In this document: one piece after another, positions 43,202-53,853 of the stretch
Numbering within the stretch: position 1 is the first letter of the stretch
Layout of the letters: the number at the start of each line of letters is the position of its first letter
Source: a phage
DNA length: 64,000 nucleotides
Assembly: GCA_024790105.1 (NCBI GenBank)
Contig: GCA_024790105.1_3053.1
Reading direction: 5' to 3' (one strand)
Position numbers and translations under genes: made by a program
The notes under the pieces: model-generated
The model's database searches: none
Told to the model about the DNA's origin: nothing
The model's input: the letters and a program-made list of their open reading frames with translations, nothing else

Positions 43202-43462
43202 TTATTTAAAGCGAATAGTCGAATCCTTGAAGAATAGTCCAGAACATACTGTTCCTTCTACTTTCTGTCCAGTAGGTCCAATAGCACGAAATCCAGTATG
43301 CTGGAAATCATTTTCAGAGCAACCGAACCAATTATATCCAGTGATTTCAATATTAGTAAAACCACTTGAAGACAAAACTTTGGTTGCATTATCAGCATCA
43401 GTACATCCTATTAAAGACACTGCTAATACTAATGCTGCAATAGAACGATTAATATATTTCAT
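43202..43462 (-). CDS. putative lipoprotein
   Basis: 86 aa; signal peptide with lipobox LIGC. Confidence 0.45.
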   Translation of the reverse strand: MKYINRSIAALVLAVSLIGCTDADNATKVLSSSGFTNIEITGYNWFGCSENDFQHTGFRAIGPTGQKVEGTVCSGLFFKDSTIRFK

Positions 43463-43464
43463 AA

Positions 43465-43641
43465 TTACCCTTTAAGCAAGTCGTAAAATCCGCCATTCAC
43501 ATGCTTAGGGGCAGAGACTAACCGAATAGCAATCCGATGACAATCAGGACATACATCAGTATCTCTTTCAGAAATTTTCTTGATTTTTTCGTATTCTTTT
43601 GCGCAATCTTCGGATTGGCATTTATAATCATAAAGCGGCAT
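43465..43641 (-). CDS. small zinc-ribbon protein
   Basis: 58-aa ORF translated by hand; CxxC...CxxC arrangement (KCQSEDC ... CPDCH); below the ORF-track cutoff. Confidence 0.3.
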   Translation of the reverse strand: MPLYDYKCQSEDCAKEYEKIKKISERDTDVCPDCHRIAIRLVSAPKHVNGGFYDLLKG

Positions 43642-43643
43642 AA

Positions 43644-44057
43644 TTATTCCTTAAAGTGAGCTTTCAACATCTGATACAAGGACCATGCTTGTTCATTATT
43701 TTCAATAGTAACTTTCATTACCGGGAATTCAGATGGTTCAGTTACTGGTGCAGGGTCTTCCTGCTCTTCAGCAGCCTGATATGGATTTTCCACTTCATTA
43801 AAGAACTCGGCTTCGTTGCTAGAAAGCCAGATAAAGTTTTCATCAAGGATATCACCGCCTGTTGCGTATCTAACCATGCCAGTAGATGTCACAATTTTAG
43901 TAGGACGCCCGTAATAGTCAACATCTAAAATTTTAAAAGGTTCCATACCTAAACGCCGCGCATAGATTCCGTTATCAGTATGGTCTTTAATAAAATTTTC
44001 TTGAGCTTGTTTATTTTTAAATTGATACCATTTATTAACTTCAAATTTAATAGCCAT
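43644..44057 (-). CDS. hypothetical protein, possibly GoF (position-based)
   Basis: 137-aa ORF; position upstream of cef as in T4. Confidence 0.3.
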   Translation of the reverse strand: MAIKFEVNKWYQFKNKQAQENFIKDHTDNGIYARRLGMEPFKILDVDYYGRPTKIVTSTGMVRYATGGDILDENFIWLSSNEAEFFNEVENPYQAAEEQEDPAPVTEPSEFPVMKVTIENNEQAWSLYQMLKAHFKE

Positions 44058-44272
44058 TAATAAATTTCCTTCCAGTAAGTTGTGCCATCTTCAGTAATTT
44101 CACGAAATACGCCGTAAATTGGCTGTTTATCACCAACCTTTTCGTAAACATAAACCGAAGTCAAGTGAGTAAACTTAATGGTGTGTTCCTTTTGAACCAC
44201 TACCAAATCTGGATCGAATAATACATCTTCAAATTCGTCATTAGTGCATTTCTGAACAGTTTTACGTTTCAT
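44057..44272 (-). CDS. cef: possible Cef (modifier of suppressor tRNAs)
   Basis: 71 aa, matching remembered Cef length and position; no motif evidence. Confidence 0.4.
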   Translation of the reverse strand: MKRKTVQKCTNDEFEDVLFDPDLVVVQKEHTIKFTHLTSVYVYEKVGDKQPIYGVFREITEDGTTYWKEIY

Positions 44273-44445
44273 TACAATTTCCTCATTAATTGAACAGTGG
44301 AGCGATGCGTTTCAGAAGAGTAGCAGCACCTTTGGCAAATTTTCCATTTTATTCTCCAAGTTGTTTTCTGTATCAGTAGTTGATATTGATATAGTACCAT
44401 AATCAACTACTGATGTATATAGTTTTATGAAAAAAAATTTAAACT

Positions 44446-44943
44446 TTATGCACAGCGAGCTTTGCTATAGTGTTTAATCCAACTTTCAGGAATGACTTTG
44501 TATGTTCCTAAAAATACCGCGTTGTACAACTTAACGCCATCTTCTACCCATTGATCGGTAATGTATGCACACATAGCACGAGTACGATGTTTTTGAACAA
44601 CCCCTTCCTCATCTTCGGTAAATTCGAATTCATAAGGAGCAATGAACTTAATAGCCTGACCGAGTTTCCACTTAAAGTCTACACCTACATGCGAAGTATC
44701 AATCGTTTCAATTCCTTTAGCAGGAACAGCTTTCAAAAACGCAGACTCAAGAAATTTCGCACGAACATAGCCAAACTGAGGTTTAGACTTTCCATCTTTA
44801 GGAATGATACGCACTTTTACTTCAGAATCTTCATCTTTAACACCGTGTTTAAGCTGAATGCTTACAATTTCAACCAATTTTCCTGCTGCTTTAGAACGGG
44901 ATTTATCAGATACACGAGCAATTTCACCAATATTAATAATCAT
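44446..44943 (-). CDS. motB: possible MotB
   Basis: 165 aa; position between cef and dexA; C-terminal domain shared with the adjacent ORF. Confidence 0.45.
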   Translation of the reverse strand: MIINIGEIARVSDKSRSKAAGKLVEIVSIQLKHGVKDEDSEVKVRIIPKDGKSKPQFGYVRAKFLESAFLKAVPAKGIETIDTSHVGVDFKWKLGQAIKFIAPYEFEFTEDEEGVVQKHRTRAMCAYITDQWVEDGVKLYNAVFLGTYKVIPESWIKHYSKARCA

Positions 44944-45019
44944 AGTTATCTCTCACTTGTTAAAAAGATTTTATACTCCACAGGACCATTATACTCTGGT
45001 CCCAAGAGTTTGTAAACTA

Positions 45020-45565
45020 TTAATTCAAAATAGCTACCACTGCACTACGAGGTACTACGCTAAAATCACCTGCATGAACCACGTTCAAAAGTTCAACACC
45101 ATCTTCAATCCACTGGTCTGTTACCCAACCACAGATAGGATTATCAAAAGGACGACGGATAGACACAGCAGCACACAACAGGTCTGTAGGGTCTTGTTCT
45201 TCAACTTCTTGGAACAGGATGAACTCTGCTTCATAAACCAGGATTTTCTCTATTTTGTTATTGTCTAAACGACGACCGTGGACAATATAAGATTTAGTAA
45301 ACCATTTACTTTTTTCAAAGTCTTCAACGGTAAATTCGCCTTCGCCAAAAACATCAGTCAGAATTTTATGGCCGGAAATCAAGGCATTAGTTTTAATTTC
45401 AGGTTCAACCAGTTTGTAGGTTTTGCCGATTTCAATAGCGGTAGTCATAGTAGGTTCCTTAATTTCCAGCGGTTTAACAGGGCATACATAAGTGCTTACA
45501 ACATCAAAATCAATCAGTTTAGCTACCGGATTTGGTGTGTATTCAGGATTATAATTAAATTTCAT
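45020..45565 (-). CDS. hypothetical protein, paralog of the preceding ORF
   Basis: 181 aa; C-terminal WVTDQWIEDGVELLNVV versus YITDQWVEDGVKLYNAV in the neighbouring ORF. Confidence 0.4.
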   Translation of the reverse strand: MKFNYNPEYTPNPVAKLIDFDVVSTYVCPVKPLEIKEPTMTTAIEIGKTYKLVEPEIKTNALISGHKILTDVFGEGEFTVEDFEKSKWFTKSYIVHGRRLDNNKIEKILVYEAEFILFQEVEEQDPTDLLCAAVSIRRPFDNPICGWVTDQWIEDGVELLNVVHAGDFSVVPRSAVVAILN

Positions 45566-45567
45566 AA

Positions 45568-46068
45568 TTATCTCATTTCAATAAAATCTACAAGTTCAGC
45601 ATGCGATTTGCGGAACATTACTTGGTGCCCGCCAATGATAACTTGATCATCTGGAACTTCGTATATAGCGAGATAAAATCCTTTAGAAGATAATTCTTCC
45701 CGCTCTTCTCGTGTGAACCATCTCATCATATCATATTCACTAGCGAAAGCAAAATGATAAAGAGCTATAAACCATCCTGGAATATGATATTCTACTCCAA
45801 CATAATCTTTCTTGAACTTAGTATTAATTACTATATTAGCGTTTTTAACTAATAGCTTATCTTCGTGTGGTAAAGGAATTCTTTTATTATTATCGCTATG
45901 GTGCATAAAATTAGGTCTGTCATAACCTACGTGTAATAACCACTCTTCGCTCCATGAATCTATTATACTCCTGTACGGCGTTATTTGAACACAAAGATTT
46001 CGACGTATTGTTATAGCATCTTCATAATTAAGAATACTAAAAGATGATTCAACACGATAAATTTTCAT
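45568..46068 (-). CDS. hypothetical protein
   Basis: 166-aa ORF. Confidence 0.4.
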   Translation of the reverse strand: MKIYRVESSFSILNYEDAITIRRNLCVQITPYRSIIDSWSEEWLLHVGYDRPNFMHHSDNNKRIPLPHEDKLLVKNANIVINTKFKKDYVGVEYHIPGWFIALYHFAFASEYDMMRWFTREEREELSSKGFYLAIYEVPDDQVIIGGHQVMFRKSHAELVDFIEMR

Positions 46069-46095
46069 TTTATTATCCTCAGTAGCTATGGTGTT

Positions 46096-46124
46096 ATAAT
46101 ACCATAACTAACCGAGGAAGTAAA
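46096..46124 (-). promoter_or_regulatory. early sigma70-type promoter
   Basis: minus-strand TTTACT (46119-46124), 17-nt spacer, TATTAT (46096-46101). Confidence 0.45.
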
Positions 46125-46131
46125 CAACTTT

Positions 46132-46815
46132 TTATCGTTTTGTTGGAAGAGACAGAGGATCGCATTCTTCCTCTGATGGAGCATCTTCAAGACCCATGGC
46201 ATAGCGCAAAGCATACTTCATCATCAGGATGTCTTTCGCACAGTCATGAATAGAATCATGTGCAACGAATCCATCTAAAGTTCCCTTTGGAAGAGGACAC
46301 GTGGTCATATCACGAACAAGGAGAAGTGCTTCAATTCTGGTACGAATATCACGCTGATTCCAGAATTTACATGGTTCTAACTTAAATGTGTCAAGTTCAT
46401 TCTCAGAAACGCCGTTAAGACGTTGAATATCGCGAATGAGATCGACTAAAATTGGAAAATCAAATGACATTCCACGGCACCAGCCATGAGATTTCCAAGG
46501 ATCGATGTTATGTGCATTGATGTAATCATTAAATTTTACAATACCATCGATAGTGCTTACATCTTCATCTGACGGCGCAATATTTTTTCGAGCTTCAGGA
46601 GACTGATTTTTCCACCATTCGATAGTGCTTTTAGTAAAAAGACGTTGTCCTTTTTGGCTTTTTAAATCAAATTTGATTTTAATGCCGCGTGAAACTAATT
46701 CATCAAATGTTTCAACTACTTCTGGGTTAGGGTCAAAGGCAATAACAGCCAAATCAATAACAGCTGCTTTTTCACCGCTTCCCATTGTTTCAAAATCTAT
46801 AATAAAATCAAACAT
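46132..46815 (-). CDS. dexA: exonuclease A (DnaQ-like 3'-5' exonuclease)
   Basis: 227 aa from MFDFIIDFETMG (DEDD exo motif I); recognised as T4 DexA. Confidence 0.85.
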   Translation of the reverse strand: MFDFIIDFETMGSGEKAAVIDLAVIAFDPNPEVVETFDELVSRGIKIKFDLKSQKGQRLFTKSTIEWWKNQSPEARKNIAPSDEDVSTIDGIVKFNDYINAHNIDPWKSHGWCRGMSFDFPILVDLIRDIQRLNGVSENELDTFKLEPCKFWNQRDIRTRIEALLLVRDMTTCPLPKGTLDGFVAHDSIHDCAKDILMMKYALRYAMGLEDAPSEEECDPLSLPTKR

Positions 46816-47090
46816 TAAATTTTCCTCGCTAAATCGCAAATTTGACCTACAGTATAATCTTGGATATAAACTTTATTAATAGGCTCATCAATAAATTTTG
46901 CCATAGATTCAATATCTTTTTGTATCTCTTCAAGACTGTATACTATCTTTGAAGCTTTTTCGCGAATAGTAACATTATCAGGTCCTGGATTTTCCTCAAT
47001 GACAGCTTTAACATTTGTCATAAGAGATTTAAATTGGTGTAAACTTAATTCAATCATTAATAACCGCCTTATAAAGATGGCTAATTTCAC
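46815..47090 (-). CDS. hypothetical protein (dexA.1-like)
   Basis: 91 aa; paralogous to the adjacent 86-aa ORF (shared LEEIxxD...DY..G.I..L pattern). Confidence 0.4.
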   Translation of the reverse strand: MKLAIFIRRLLMIELSLHQFKSLMTNVKAVIEENPGPDNVTIREKASKIVYSLEEIQKDIESMAKFIDEPINKVYIQDYTVGQICDLARKI

Positions 47091-47310
47091 CTAAAATATA
47101 ATCACTTATTGTAACAGTTTTCACTTCACCACAAAAGAATTCTAACGCAATCAAATCTCGTTCAATTTCTTCCAATTGAAGCATTAACTTGCCTGATTCA
47201 ATTTTCACGTTTTTGCGATTTTTACTATAAGCTATTTCATAAATTTCGCTCACTTTATCTTGAAGTAGATAAAACTGGTCTTTAGTTATTTCCACGAATA
47301 GCTTCCTCAA
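47050..47310 (-). CDS. hypothetical protein (dexA.2-like)
   Basis: 86 aa; paralog of the preceding ORF. Confidence 0.4.
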   Translation of the reverse strand: MRKLFVEITKDQFYLLQDKVSEIYEIAYSKNRKNVKIESGKLMLQLEEIERDLIALEFFCGEVKTVTISDYILGEISHLYKAVIND

Positions 47311-47316
47311 ATTTAA

Positions 47317-48636
47317 TCATACATAAAACACATCATAACGACCACGTGTTACACCAACATAAAGAAGCTGCTGTGCTAGTTCAGCATCTGCATAATGAAT
47401 ACAAGGCGTATAGATGAAAGCACGGTCTACAGACATACCTTGCGTCTTATGGATTGTTGATGCAGGAAGTGCTTTCACTTTACTAAATTGTGATTTAGCA
47501 TCCCAAAAATCACTCCACGGAGCTTTTCCACCTTTATTCCAATTTTTGTAAGTTTCTGCCGTTTTACCTAAAAATAAGTTAAACTTATACAGCTCTTCAT
47601 CAGATGAAATTATTTTAATCTTTTCACGATAATATTCATCATCGCCGTAAGTTTCTACTGTTAAATCCCAATGACGAATTAAGTATTCTCCAGAAACACC
47701 ACGAGCTTTAACAAAGGTTGATGTATACTCTGCTTCTATAATACGAACTAATTGTCCGTTATTAAAAATAATTTCTGACACAGGCTTTCCATCAATTTTA
47801 TATGTTTTAATTAATGGTTCCTGCATTACAATAATTTCACCGACAATAAAATCTTTATCAGTTTCAAAAATCTTTTTACGAATAATGCTATTTAACTTGT
47901 CAACAGATTTATTCGTAAATGCCATTACGCGATTTTCAAATAAATCATCTAGTGATTTGACGATTGAAAAATAATTTACCATAAAATCGCGTAAAGCGGT
48001 ATCACCGGTAAATCCACGTACTCCATGCCCGTCAACAACTTTATCATAAATCCACTTACCGTTGCGAACATCAGTAGCTACATCAATAATAGGAGCATTA
48101 CTGCGTTTAACTTCAGTAAGTTCACACTGATAAAAATCTTTGTGTGTAAAGAATGGACTGATATAAGCAGTATTTTCTCCTGGATCAACAGGTCTAATTT
48201 GCTTATTATCACCTATTCCAATTATAGTACACCAGGGTGGAATAGTTGAAAGCAGAATTTTAAATAGCTTTCTATCATACATTGACACTTCGTCGCAGAT
48301 TAATACCCTGCATTTAGCTAAATCTGGTACTTCCTTCTGTTCAAAAAGAACATTTTCTTCATATGTTACTGGGTTAATTTTAAGAATACTATGAATAGTA
48401 CTCGCTTCTTTCCCCGACAGTTTTGAAAGAATCTTTTTAGCTGCATGTGTAGGAGCTGCTAAAATAATACCAGTTTCACCCGTAGATATTAAAGCTTCAA
48501 TGATGAACTTGGTAAGAGTAGTCTTACCAGTACCAGCAGGTCCATTAATAGTTACATGATGTTTCTTTTCTTTAATAGCCCTCATAACAATGTTAAAGGC
48601 ATTTTTCTGGCCTTCGGTCAAATCATCAAATGTCAT
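47317..48636 (-). CDS. dda: Dda DNA helicase (SF1B)
   Basis: 439 aa; Walker A GPAGTGKT; recognised as T4 Dda. Confidence 0.9.
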   Translation of the reverse strand: MTFDDLTEGQKNAFNIVMRAIKEKKHHVTINGPAGTGKTTLTKFIIEALISTGETGIILAAPTHAAKKILSKLSGKEASTIHSILKINPVTYEENVLFEQKEVPDLAKCRVLICDEVSMYDRKLFKILLSTIPPWCTIIGIGDNKQIRPVDPGENTAYISPFFTHKDFYQCELTEVKRSNAPIIDVATDVRNGKWIYDKVVDGHGVRGFTGDTALRDFMVNYFSIVKSLDDLFENRVMAFTNKSVDKLNSIIRKKIFETDKDFIVGEIIVMQEPLIKTYKIDGKPVSEIIFNNGQLVRIIEAEYTSTFVKARGVSGEYLIRHWDLTVETYGDDEYYREKIKIISSDEELYKFNLFLGKTAETYKNWNKGGKAPWSDFWDAKSQFSKVKALPASTIHKTQGMSVDRAFIYTPCIHYADAELAQQLLYVGVTRGRYDVFYV

Positions 48637-48944
48637 CGTAAATTCCCTGCAATTGGTATACTAACAATACGCCCAGTATCTAAAATTCGCTGATATAATC
48701 TTTGTGTGTCTACATCAGGCTTAACATGTTTAACTTCTATTTTATTAAACCAAAATTTACGTGGAGTCTCAACTAATCTTGGAATTCCCTTACCTAAAGC
48801 TAGTTGATACTGCTCTTTAAGAGTGGTAAATACTTTATCAGCAATCTCCCTTTCAAAAAATACAGCAGGACGATGTTCATCAAGCGGAACTGGCGCCGTA
48901 AATCCGTCTTTGTCTCGGTAAACTATCGCATATACATAAACCAT
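48633..48944 (-). CDS. hypothetical protein (dda.1-like)
   Basis: 103-aa ORF overlapping the dda start. Confidence 0.4.
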   Translation of the reverse strand: MVYVYAIVYRDKDGFTAPVPLDEHRPAVFFEREIADKVFTTLKEQYQLALGKGIPRLVETPRKFWFNKIEVKHVKPDVDTQRLYQRILDTGRIVSIPIAGNLR

Positions 48945-48945
48945 A

Positions 48946-49692
48946 TTATCCTCGGATAAGTTTAAAAATTGAACAATTCAGCGGGTATCCTCTTTTCAGT
49001 TTAAGTTTATCAATAAAAGACAAGTTTTGATACCGCTCTACACCTTGAATAATTTTATCACACATGTCATATTGCATTTCTGCTTCTGACAACTTTTTCA
49101 CAGTTTTCCAATCCGAGCCTTTAAGAAGAACGTTCAATTTAACAACTTCAGCGCCTTCTGCTATACGAGAACCATCAATACGAGCTTTAAGTGCTATAAT
49201 CGTTAGCTTAACGTCAGAAGTTTGTTTTGATTTAGAAAGCTGAGAAATGTGTTCAATTCGATTTTCACGTTTTTTCTGTATAGCTTTAATTTGATTATAA
49301 GTCTTTTTGATTTTAGCCCATTTCTTTTCATCTAAATTTAGTTTATGAACTTTTTTCGCAGATGAACGACCAATTCGCAAAGCAAATAAATCACGCTTTT
49401 CAATCAACTCTTCTAAAGTATAATCAGAACGAAATGTATTATACTTTTTCTTTACTGCAATAACATTCCCTTTAATGTATCCAACGTTATTATCAAAACG
49501 TTCTAATGATAATTTCTCTCCTTCAATACGATTATCAAAAGGTTCTCCCGAGTAAGCACAAACTTTTTGGTCTAAAATATTCTTAATGTAATTGAAGTCT
49601 AAGTTAAAATCTTTAGAACGTCTTTTTGCAGATGCCTGAGTATGCTCTAGACGACGTTTAATTTTACGAATTTGGTTATTAGACAGCTTCAT
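48946..49692 (-). CDS. hypothetical basic protein, possibly Srd
   Basis: 248 aa, Lys/Arg-rich; position between dda.1 and modA. Confidence 0.35.
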   Translation of the reverse strand: MKLSNNQIRKIKRRLEHTQASAKRRSKDFNLDFNYIKNILDQKVCAYSGEPFDNRIEGEKLSLERFDNNVGYIKGNVIAVKKKYNTFRSDYTLEELIEKRDLFALRIGRSSAKKVHKLNLDEKKWAKIKKTYNQIKAIQKKRENRIEHISQLSKSKQTSDVKLTIIALKARIDGSRIAEGAEVVKLNVLLKGSDWKTVKKLSEAEMQYDMCDKIIQGVERYQNLSFIDKLKLKRGYPLNCSIFKLIRG

Positions 49693-49817
49693 ATTTTTCT
49701 CACATCTTACGGACGATTTAATACTTTATTACTATAACATTTTTACCTTAACTTGTAAACAACTTTATGTAAAAATGCTTTAAAAATTTCATGGTATAAT
49801 GAATCTAAGTCCTTCCA

Positions 49818-50420
49818 TTATAGATTAAATCTTTCAAAATCAAGAGTATAGATAGTGTATGTTGAATACTTTTTGTACTCATATCTATCTGCAATTCTAA
49901 ATACACTTCCAGCTGGTATCATTACTTCTTGTTCATCTGAAACTAATTCCATATTACGATAACGATGGCTATCCGGAAACTTAAAGTTTGGATTGTATTC
50001 TTTACAGCGTAGAGCTTTTATAGCATACTCCTGGAAATTGAATACCATAGGAGCTTTGAATTCAAAAATAACTTGTGTGTTATACTCTAAACCGGAAGCA
50101 AAATGTAGAGCTATATTTTTATCATATGAAGCTGATACGACTTTATCAAATATAATAATATCAATTCCTTGATTTAACACTTGCTTAGTCTCGACTGGAA
50201 CACCTCTCCAAAGAGGTTTATCGTTTGGAACCAAACGAGATTTGATTATTTCATTTAACCAAGTATGGTCATCTGGCTTATTGGTAATACAATGAATTAA
50301 AAGTTCAATTTCAGATAAATTAAACCCTTCAGAAAGCAATTCTTCACGAATAGAAGCACGCACCGATGCATCCATTGATTTTATTTTAAAATCTTTTAGT
50401 TGCATTACTGAGTATTTCAT
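49818..50420 (-). CDS. modA: ADP-ribosyltransferase ModA
   Basis: 200 aa; R-S-E type ART pattern; length and position match T4 ModA. Confidence 0.8.
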   Translation of the reverse strand: MKYSVMQLKDFKIKSMDASVRASIREELLSEGFNLSEIELLIHCITNKPDDHTWLNEIIKSRLVPNDKPLWRGVPVETKQVLNQGIDIIIFDKVVSASYDKNIALHFASGLEYNTQVIFEFKAPMVFNFQEYAIKALRCKEYNPNFKFPDSHRYRNMELVSDEQEVMIPAGSVFRIADRYEYKKYSTYTIYTLDFERFNL

Positions 50421-51040
50421 TCAACTACCTCAATATCATAAACTTTAAATGTTCCAAATGAATCGTGTAATTTTTCTTTTGAAATAGAAGTTATTTTATA
50501 CTTTCCAATTGGAATCATCCATTCTTGTTCACGCACAATCATCATTAAGTTATCAGTACGCTCTGAATCTAGCCCATCAGTATCTTCATACGTGTACTTG
50601 AACTCAGTATTAGGAGAAGAAAGTATAATATCGCTGATATGGTCAGAGTAATTAAAAGCTTTATCAGTTTTTAAACGAAATATTATTTCAGTGAAATACT
50701 CAACATAAGAAAAAGAACATGCTGTGTGCAAACTAGTAGTAAATGAATCTACCCTGTTCGTTGAAAACACTTCTCCAACTTGTAAATCTTTAATGAGCTC
50801 TTTTGTCGATTTTGATATACCACGATATAACTGATAAGGCGATTTAGTTAAATGCTTTTTAATGATTTTATTCAACTGTCTGTGAAGAGCTTCATTCTTT
50901 TTGGCTTCCATACATTGCCAAAGAATTGACTGTTCAAAGTCAGTAAATTTTTCACAAACCTTTTTATACATATCATATTGAAAATCAACGCTTTCAGCTT
51001 TTATAGATAACTGTTCAACATCTGCAAGATTAATAATCAT
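50417..51040 (-). CDS. modB: ADP-ribosyltransferase ModB
   Basis: 207 aa; paralog of ModA directly upstream. Confidence 0.8.
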   Translation of the reverse strand: MIINLADVEQLSIKAESVDFQYDMYKKVCEKFTDFEQSILWQCMEAKKNEALHRQLNKIIKKHLTKSPYQLYRGISKSTKELIKDLQVGEVFSTNRVDSFTTSLHTACSFSYVEYFTEIIFRLKTDKAFNYSDHISDIILSSPNTEFKYTYEDTDGLDSERTDNLMMIVREQEWMIPIGKYKITSISKEKLHDSFGTFKVYDIEVVE

Positions 51041-51107
51041 GATAGCCTCCGTATACTTCAGAAGCTATCATATCATCGTTAAAAAGGAAAGTAAACAACT
51101 TTTTGAA

Positions 51108-51290
51108 TTATTTTGCCCAGGGAGCCCAAGGCGGAGGGTCAAGATGGTATGAAGCTAGTTCTTCTAGAAGAGCATCTGGGGCTTCAATTCCATAATTCTG
51201 TAATACTATACGGTACTCTTTCTTATAATCACTAGAATCATTCTGGATATTCGTAGAATGATTATTTTCTAACATCTCAAATAAATCCAT
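51108..51290 (-). CDS. hypothetical protein
   Basis: 60-aa ORF. Confidence 0.3.
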   Translation of the reverse strand: MDLFEMLENNHSTNIQNDSSDYKKEYRIVLQNYGIEAPDALLEELASYHLDPPPWAPWAK

Positions 51291-51298
51291 ATTAATTC

Positions 51299-51769
51299 CT
51301 AGCGATAAAAACCAAAGTGACGATTAGCTTCAACAATCTTTCTTTCTTCTTCAGACATTCTCCAGCGTAGTCCAACATCAAAATGAGCCCAGACCATCCT
51401 AACAAATGCATTTATATCTTTAATATCTTCAATAATGAATGTTTTACTTTTAGAAGGTTGACTCGCTAATTTAACTTTATCGTCTTCAAACATGTCAAAA
51501 AGACCATATTCATGAGCTCTTTTATAGCCTTTAATAGTTAAAGCTTCAGAAGAAGAAAACGGTGAATCAGTATTCTGCAAAATATCTTCAGTATGCTTTA
51601 TAATTAGAATAATATTTTCTGGATATTTTCTTTCTTTTATATCTTTAATTAAAATATCCGGATTTTCTGCTAAAGGAATAATTAACGAGCATTTTTTATC
51701 AAGTGTATTTACTGATTTACCTTCTTTGGACATAAATTCTATTGAATAGTGTTTTGCTACTTCAATCAT
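51299..51769 (-). CDS. hypothetical protein
   Basis: 156-aa ORF. Confidence 0.4.
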   Translation of the reverse strand: MIEVAKHYSIEFMSKEGKSVNTLDKKCSLIIPLAENPDILIKDIKERKYPENIILIIKHTEDILQNTDSPFSSSEALTIKGYKRAHEYGLFDMFEDDKVKLASQPSKSKTFIIEDIKDINAFVRMVWAHFDVGLRWRMSEEERKIVEANRHFGFYR

Positions 51770-51922
51770 GGGATTTCCTTTTGCCTACTAATGGACCATC
51801 AGGAATTTTGTTTTCCTGGATATATTTCTCATTTTCTTCCATCATTTTACTACCGATTTTAAGAAGCAAATCCAACGCTTCATTTGCTTTAACCTTAGCT
51901 TCTTCTAATGTCATATCTTTGT

Positions 51923-52126
51923 TCACGATTTATCCCCATAGATGTCTCTCATCAATTTAAGCGCTGAGCGTTCTAGTTTCTTTTCTTTCTCAGCACTAAT
52001 CATTGATTTCATCCATTCTTCTGATTCATTCTGCATTTCTTTATTTGCTTGTTCAACCCAACCATCGTCAATGTACATTGAGTTTGGTCTATTGAACCAT
52101 TCAAACATTTTCTTCAGAACTTTCAT
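51923..52126 (-). CDS. hypothetical protein
   Basis: 67-aa ORF. Confidence 0.3.
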   Translation of the reverse strand: MKVLKKMFEWFNRPNSMYIDDGWVEQANKEMQNESEEWMKSMISAEKEKKLERSALKLMRDIYGDKS

Positions 52127-52619
52127 TTGTTTTACCTAAAACAACAGTAGGAGCATCATCAAATTCATGAATTTTTAGCAAATTTGGATGTAAACTATTC
52201 CATACAGAAGAAATAAAGTATGATAACGCATCTTCACTCGCAATTATAAATTTGTTTCCTTTGTCTATTTTCCAGTTATATACTGAATCGTACGAATAAA
52301 AAGATAAGGGTTTATCATTATATTGTTCTGCGCTAACATTAATGTATTCGGATTTAGTAAATGCTTCAATTGCTCTAAATGGAATATTTGGTACAGTTTC
52401 AATAATACCAATCTTTTTAAGTTTTATTTCAGCATCTTCTGGAACTGGCATTGAAACGAAATTTTCTACGAGATACATTGGGTCACAATAACCCTTATCA
52501 ATCATTACGGCTACAGTAATTGGAACATCTTTAGCAAACGACATGCTATTACTGCTAATATACATTTCAAACAAAATCGCTTCCATAATTTTCCTCAATC
52601 GCAAGATGTAGATGAACAA
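52101..52619 (-). CDS. hypothetical protein
   Basis: 172-aa ORF. Confidence 0.4.
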   Translation of the reverse strand: MFIYILRLRKIMEAILFEMYISSNSMSFAKDVPITVAVMIDKGYCDPMYLVENFVSMPVPEDAEIKLKKIGIIETVPNIPFRAIEAFTKSEYINVSAEQYNDKPLSFYSYDSVYNWKIDKGNKFIIASEDALSYFISSVWNSLHPNLLKIHEFDDAPTVVLGKTNESSEENV

Positions 52620-53098
52620 CCAGAATCACAAGAACTTCCACATGAATCACCAGTCCAAGAACTAACAGCCGTGGCTGTTATAATAGGAGCGGTATCGATA
52701 TAGCTTTCTGAACGTCTTGAATCTAAATGTTCTTTTAACTTTTTAGAATTCAATGGAAGCGCACCTGCACCAACATTACCAGCTTTTTCTGGTTGACGAA
52801 TAATTTCTTCCATCGTATCGTCGCTCGCATAAACATTAGTATCATATGAATCAGAACTAGACTGTGTATTCTGTGTGTTAGATGATGTAGTAGGTGTTGA
52901 CCAGCGCCAAGGATTTTTATAATATTCTTGGGCTTCTTCATAAGTCATAGTAACTGCTTCTACTGTTCCATCTCCCATATAAACATATTCAACTACAGTT
53001 AAAGGAAGGTAGTCATTTGAAATAGGAACTACACCTTCCCCAGGAGTCGTAGAGAAAAAATCCGTAAAGAAACTTTTAAACCAATTAAAGATAAACAT
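52595..53098 (-). CDS. hypothetical protein with Cys-rich C-terminal tail
   Basis: 167 aa; hydrophobic N-terminus; Ser/Thr-rich middle; terminal [18 protein letters not shown]. Confidence 0.4.
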   Translation of the reverse strand: MFIFNWFKSFFTDFFSTTPGEGVVPISNDYLPLTVVEYVYMGDGTVEAVTMTYEEAQEYYKNPWRWSTPTTSSNTQNTQSSSDSYDTNVYASDDTMEEIIRQPEKAGNVGAGALPLNSKKLKEHLDSRRSESYIDTAPIITATAVSSWTGDSCGSSCDSGCSSTSCD

Positions 53099-53310
53099 TA
53101 CAAAAAGCCTCTTTGAAATTCGACTCTTTGAAATCCACCCCAGTCAGTATATCGCATTTCAGCATTGAACTCGACTGAACCATCTGCATGCATCATGAAT
53201 GAATGCGTGACGACATCGCAATCCCAGCTTTTCATACCCCATTTATCAGCGATAGCTTTATCAAGAACCTTCTGGAGGTCTTCATTTGGTTTAATCCAAC
53301 GATTTAACAT
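53098..53310 (-). CDS. hypothetical protein
   Basis: 70-aa ORF. Confidence 0.35.
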   Translation of the reverse strand: MLNRWIKPNEDLQKVLDKAIADKWGMKSWDCDVVTHSFMMHADGSVEFNAEMRYTDWGGFQRVEFQRGFL

Positions 53311-53407
53311 AGTGCTCTCCTCTATAAGATAATTCTATTATACCACACTCATTTTGGAAAGTAAACCATAAAATGAAAAAAGGACTCCCGAAGGAGTCCT
53401 TGAATTA

Positions 53408-53644
53408 TTAACCACCTATTGCTGTAGGCGTAAACATTGCAGCATTCTTAGTTTTCCAAGTTGCTGCATCAGAAACTACAGTAGAATATGCCGCCTTTTC
53501 AGAAGGAAAGGTCTGATAATGAGAATCTGCAATACGGTGTTCATTTGAATATACATCAAATGCTACAGAAACTTCCATACCTTTAACTTCTTTGCCTTCA
53601 CCTGCTGGATGAGTAAAGGTCTTGATGTTAACGAAACCACCCAT
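53408..53644 (-). CDS. soc: small outer capsid protein Soc
   Basis: 78 aa; motif HYQTFPSEKAAYSTV shared with T4 Soc; hairpin plus T-run just downstream. Confidence 0.7.
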   Translation of the reverse strand: MGGFVNIKTFTHPAGEGKEVKGMEVSVAFDVYSNEHRIADSHYQTFPSEKAAYSTVVSDAATWKTKNAAMFTPTAIGG

Positions 53645-53853
53645 AATAAACTCCTTTGTTGTTTAATTACAAGTGTATTTATATCAGTCTTCAATGAAAA
53701 CTTGTGCCAGGAATTCGTGTTCATCTTGAATTTGTTTATATAAAGCCATTACAGCATTTATATTAGAGCTATCTACTTTAAGTTGATAAGCATACCACTC
53801 GTATAAATTAATTAAAGCTTTTTGACGTCTAATAAATTCTTCTTTGGATATTT

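Noticed and set aside
44370-44440. Fifth copy of the early promoter cassette
   Set aside because: The conserved -10-region element is present in variant form but I could not find a matching -35 hexamer at 17-nt spacing.
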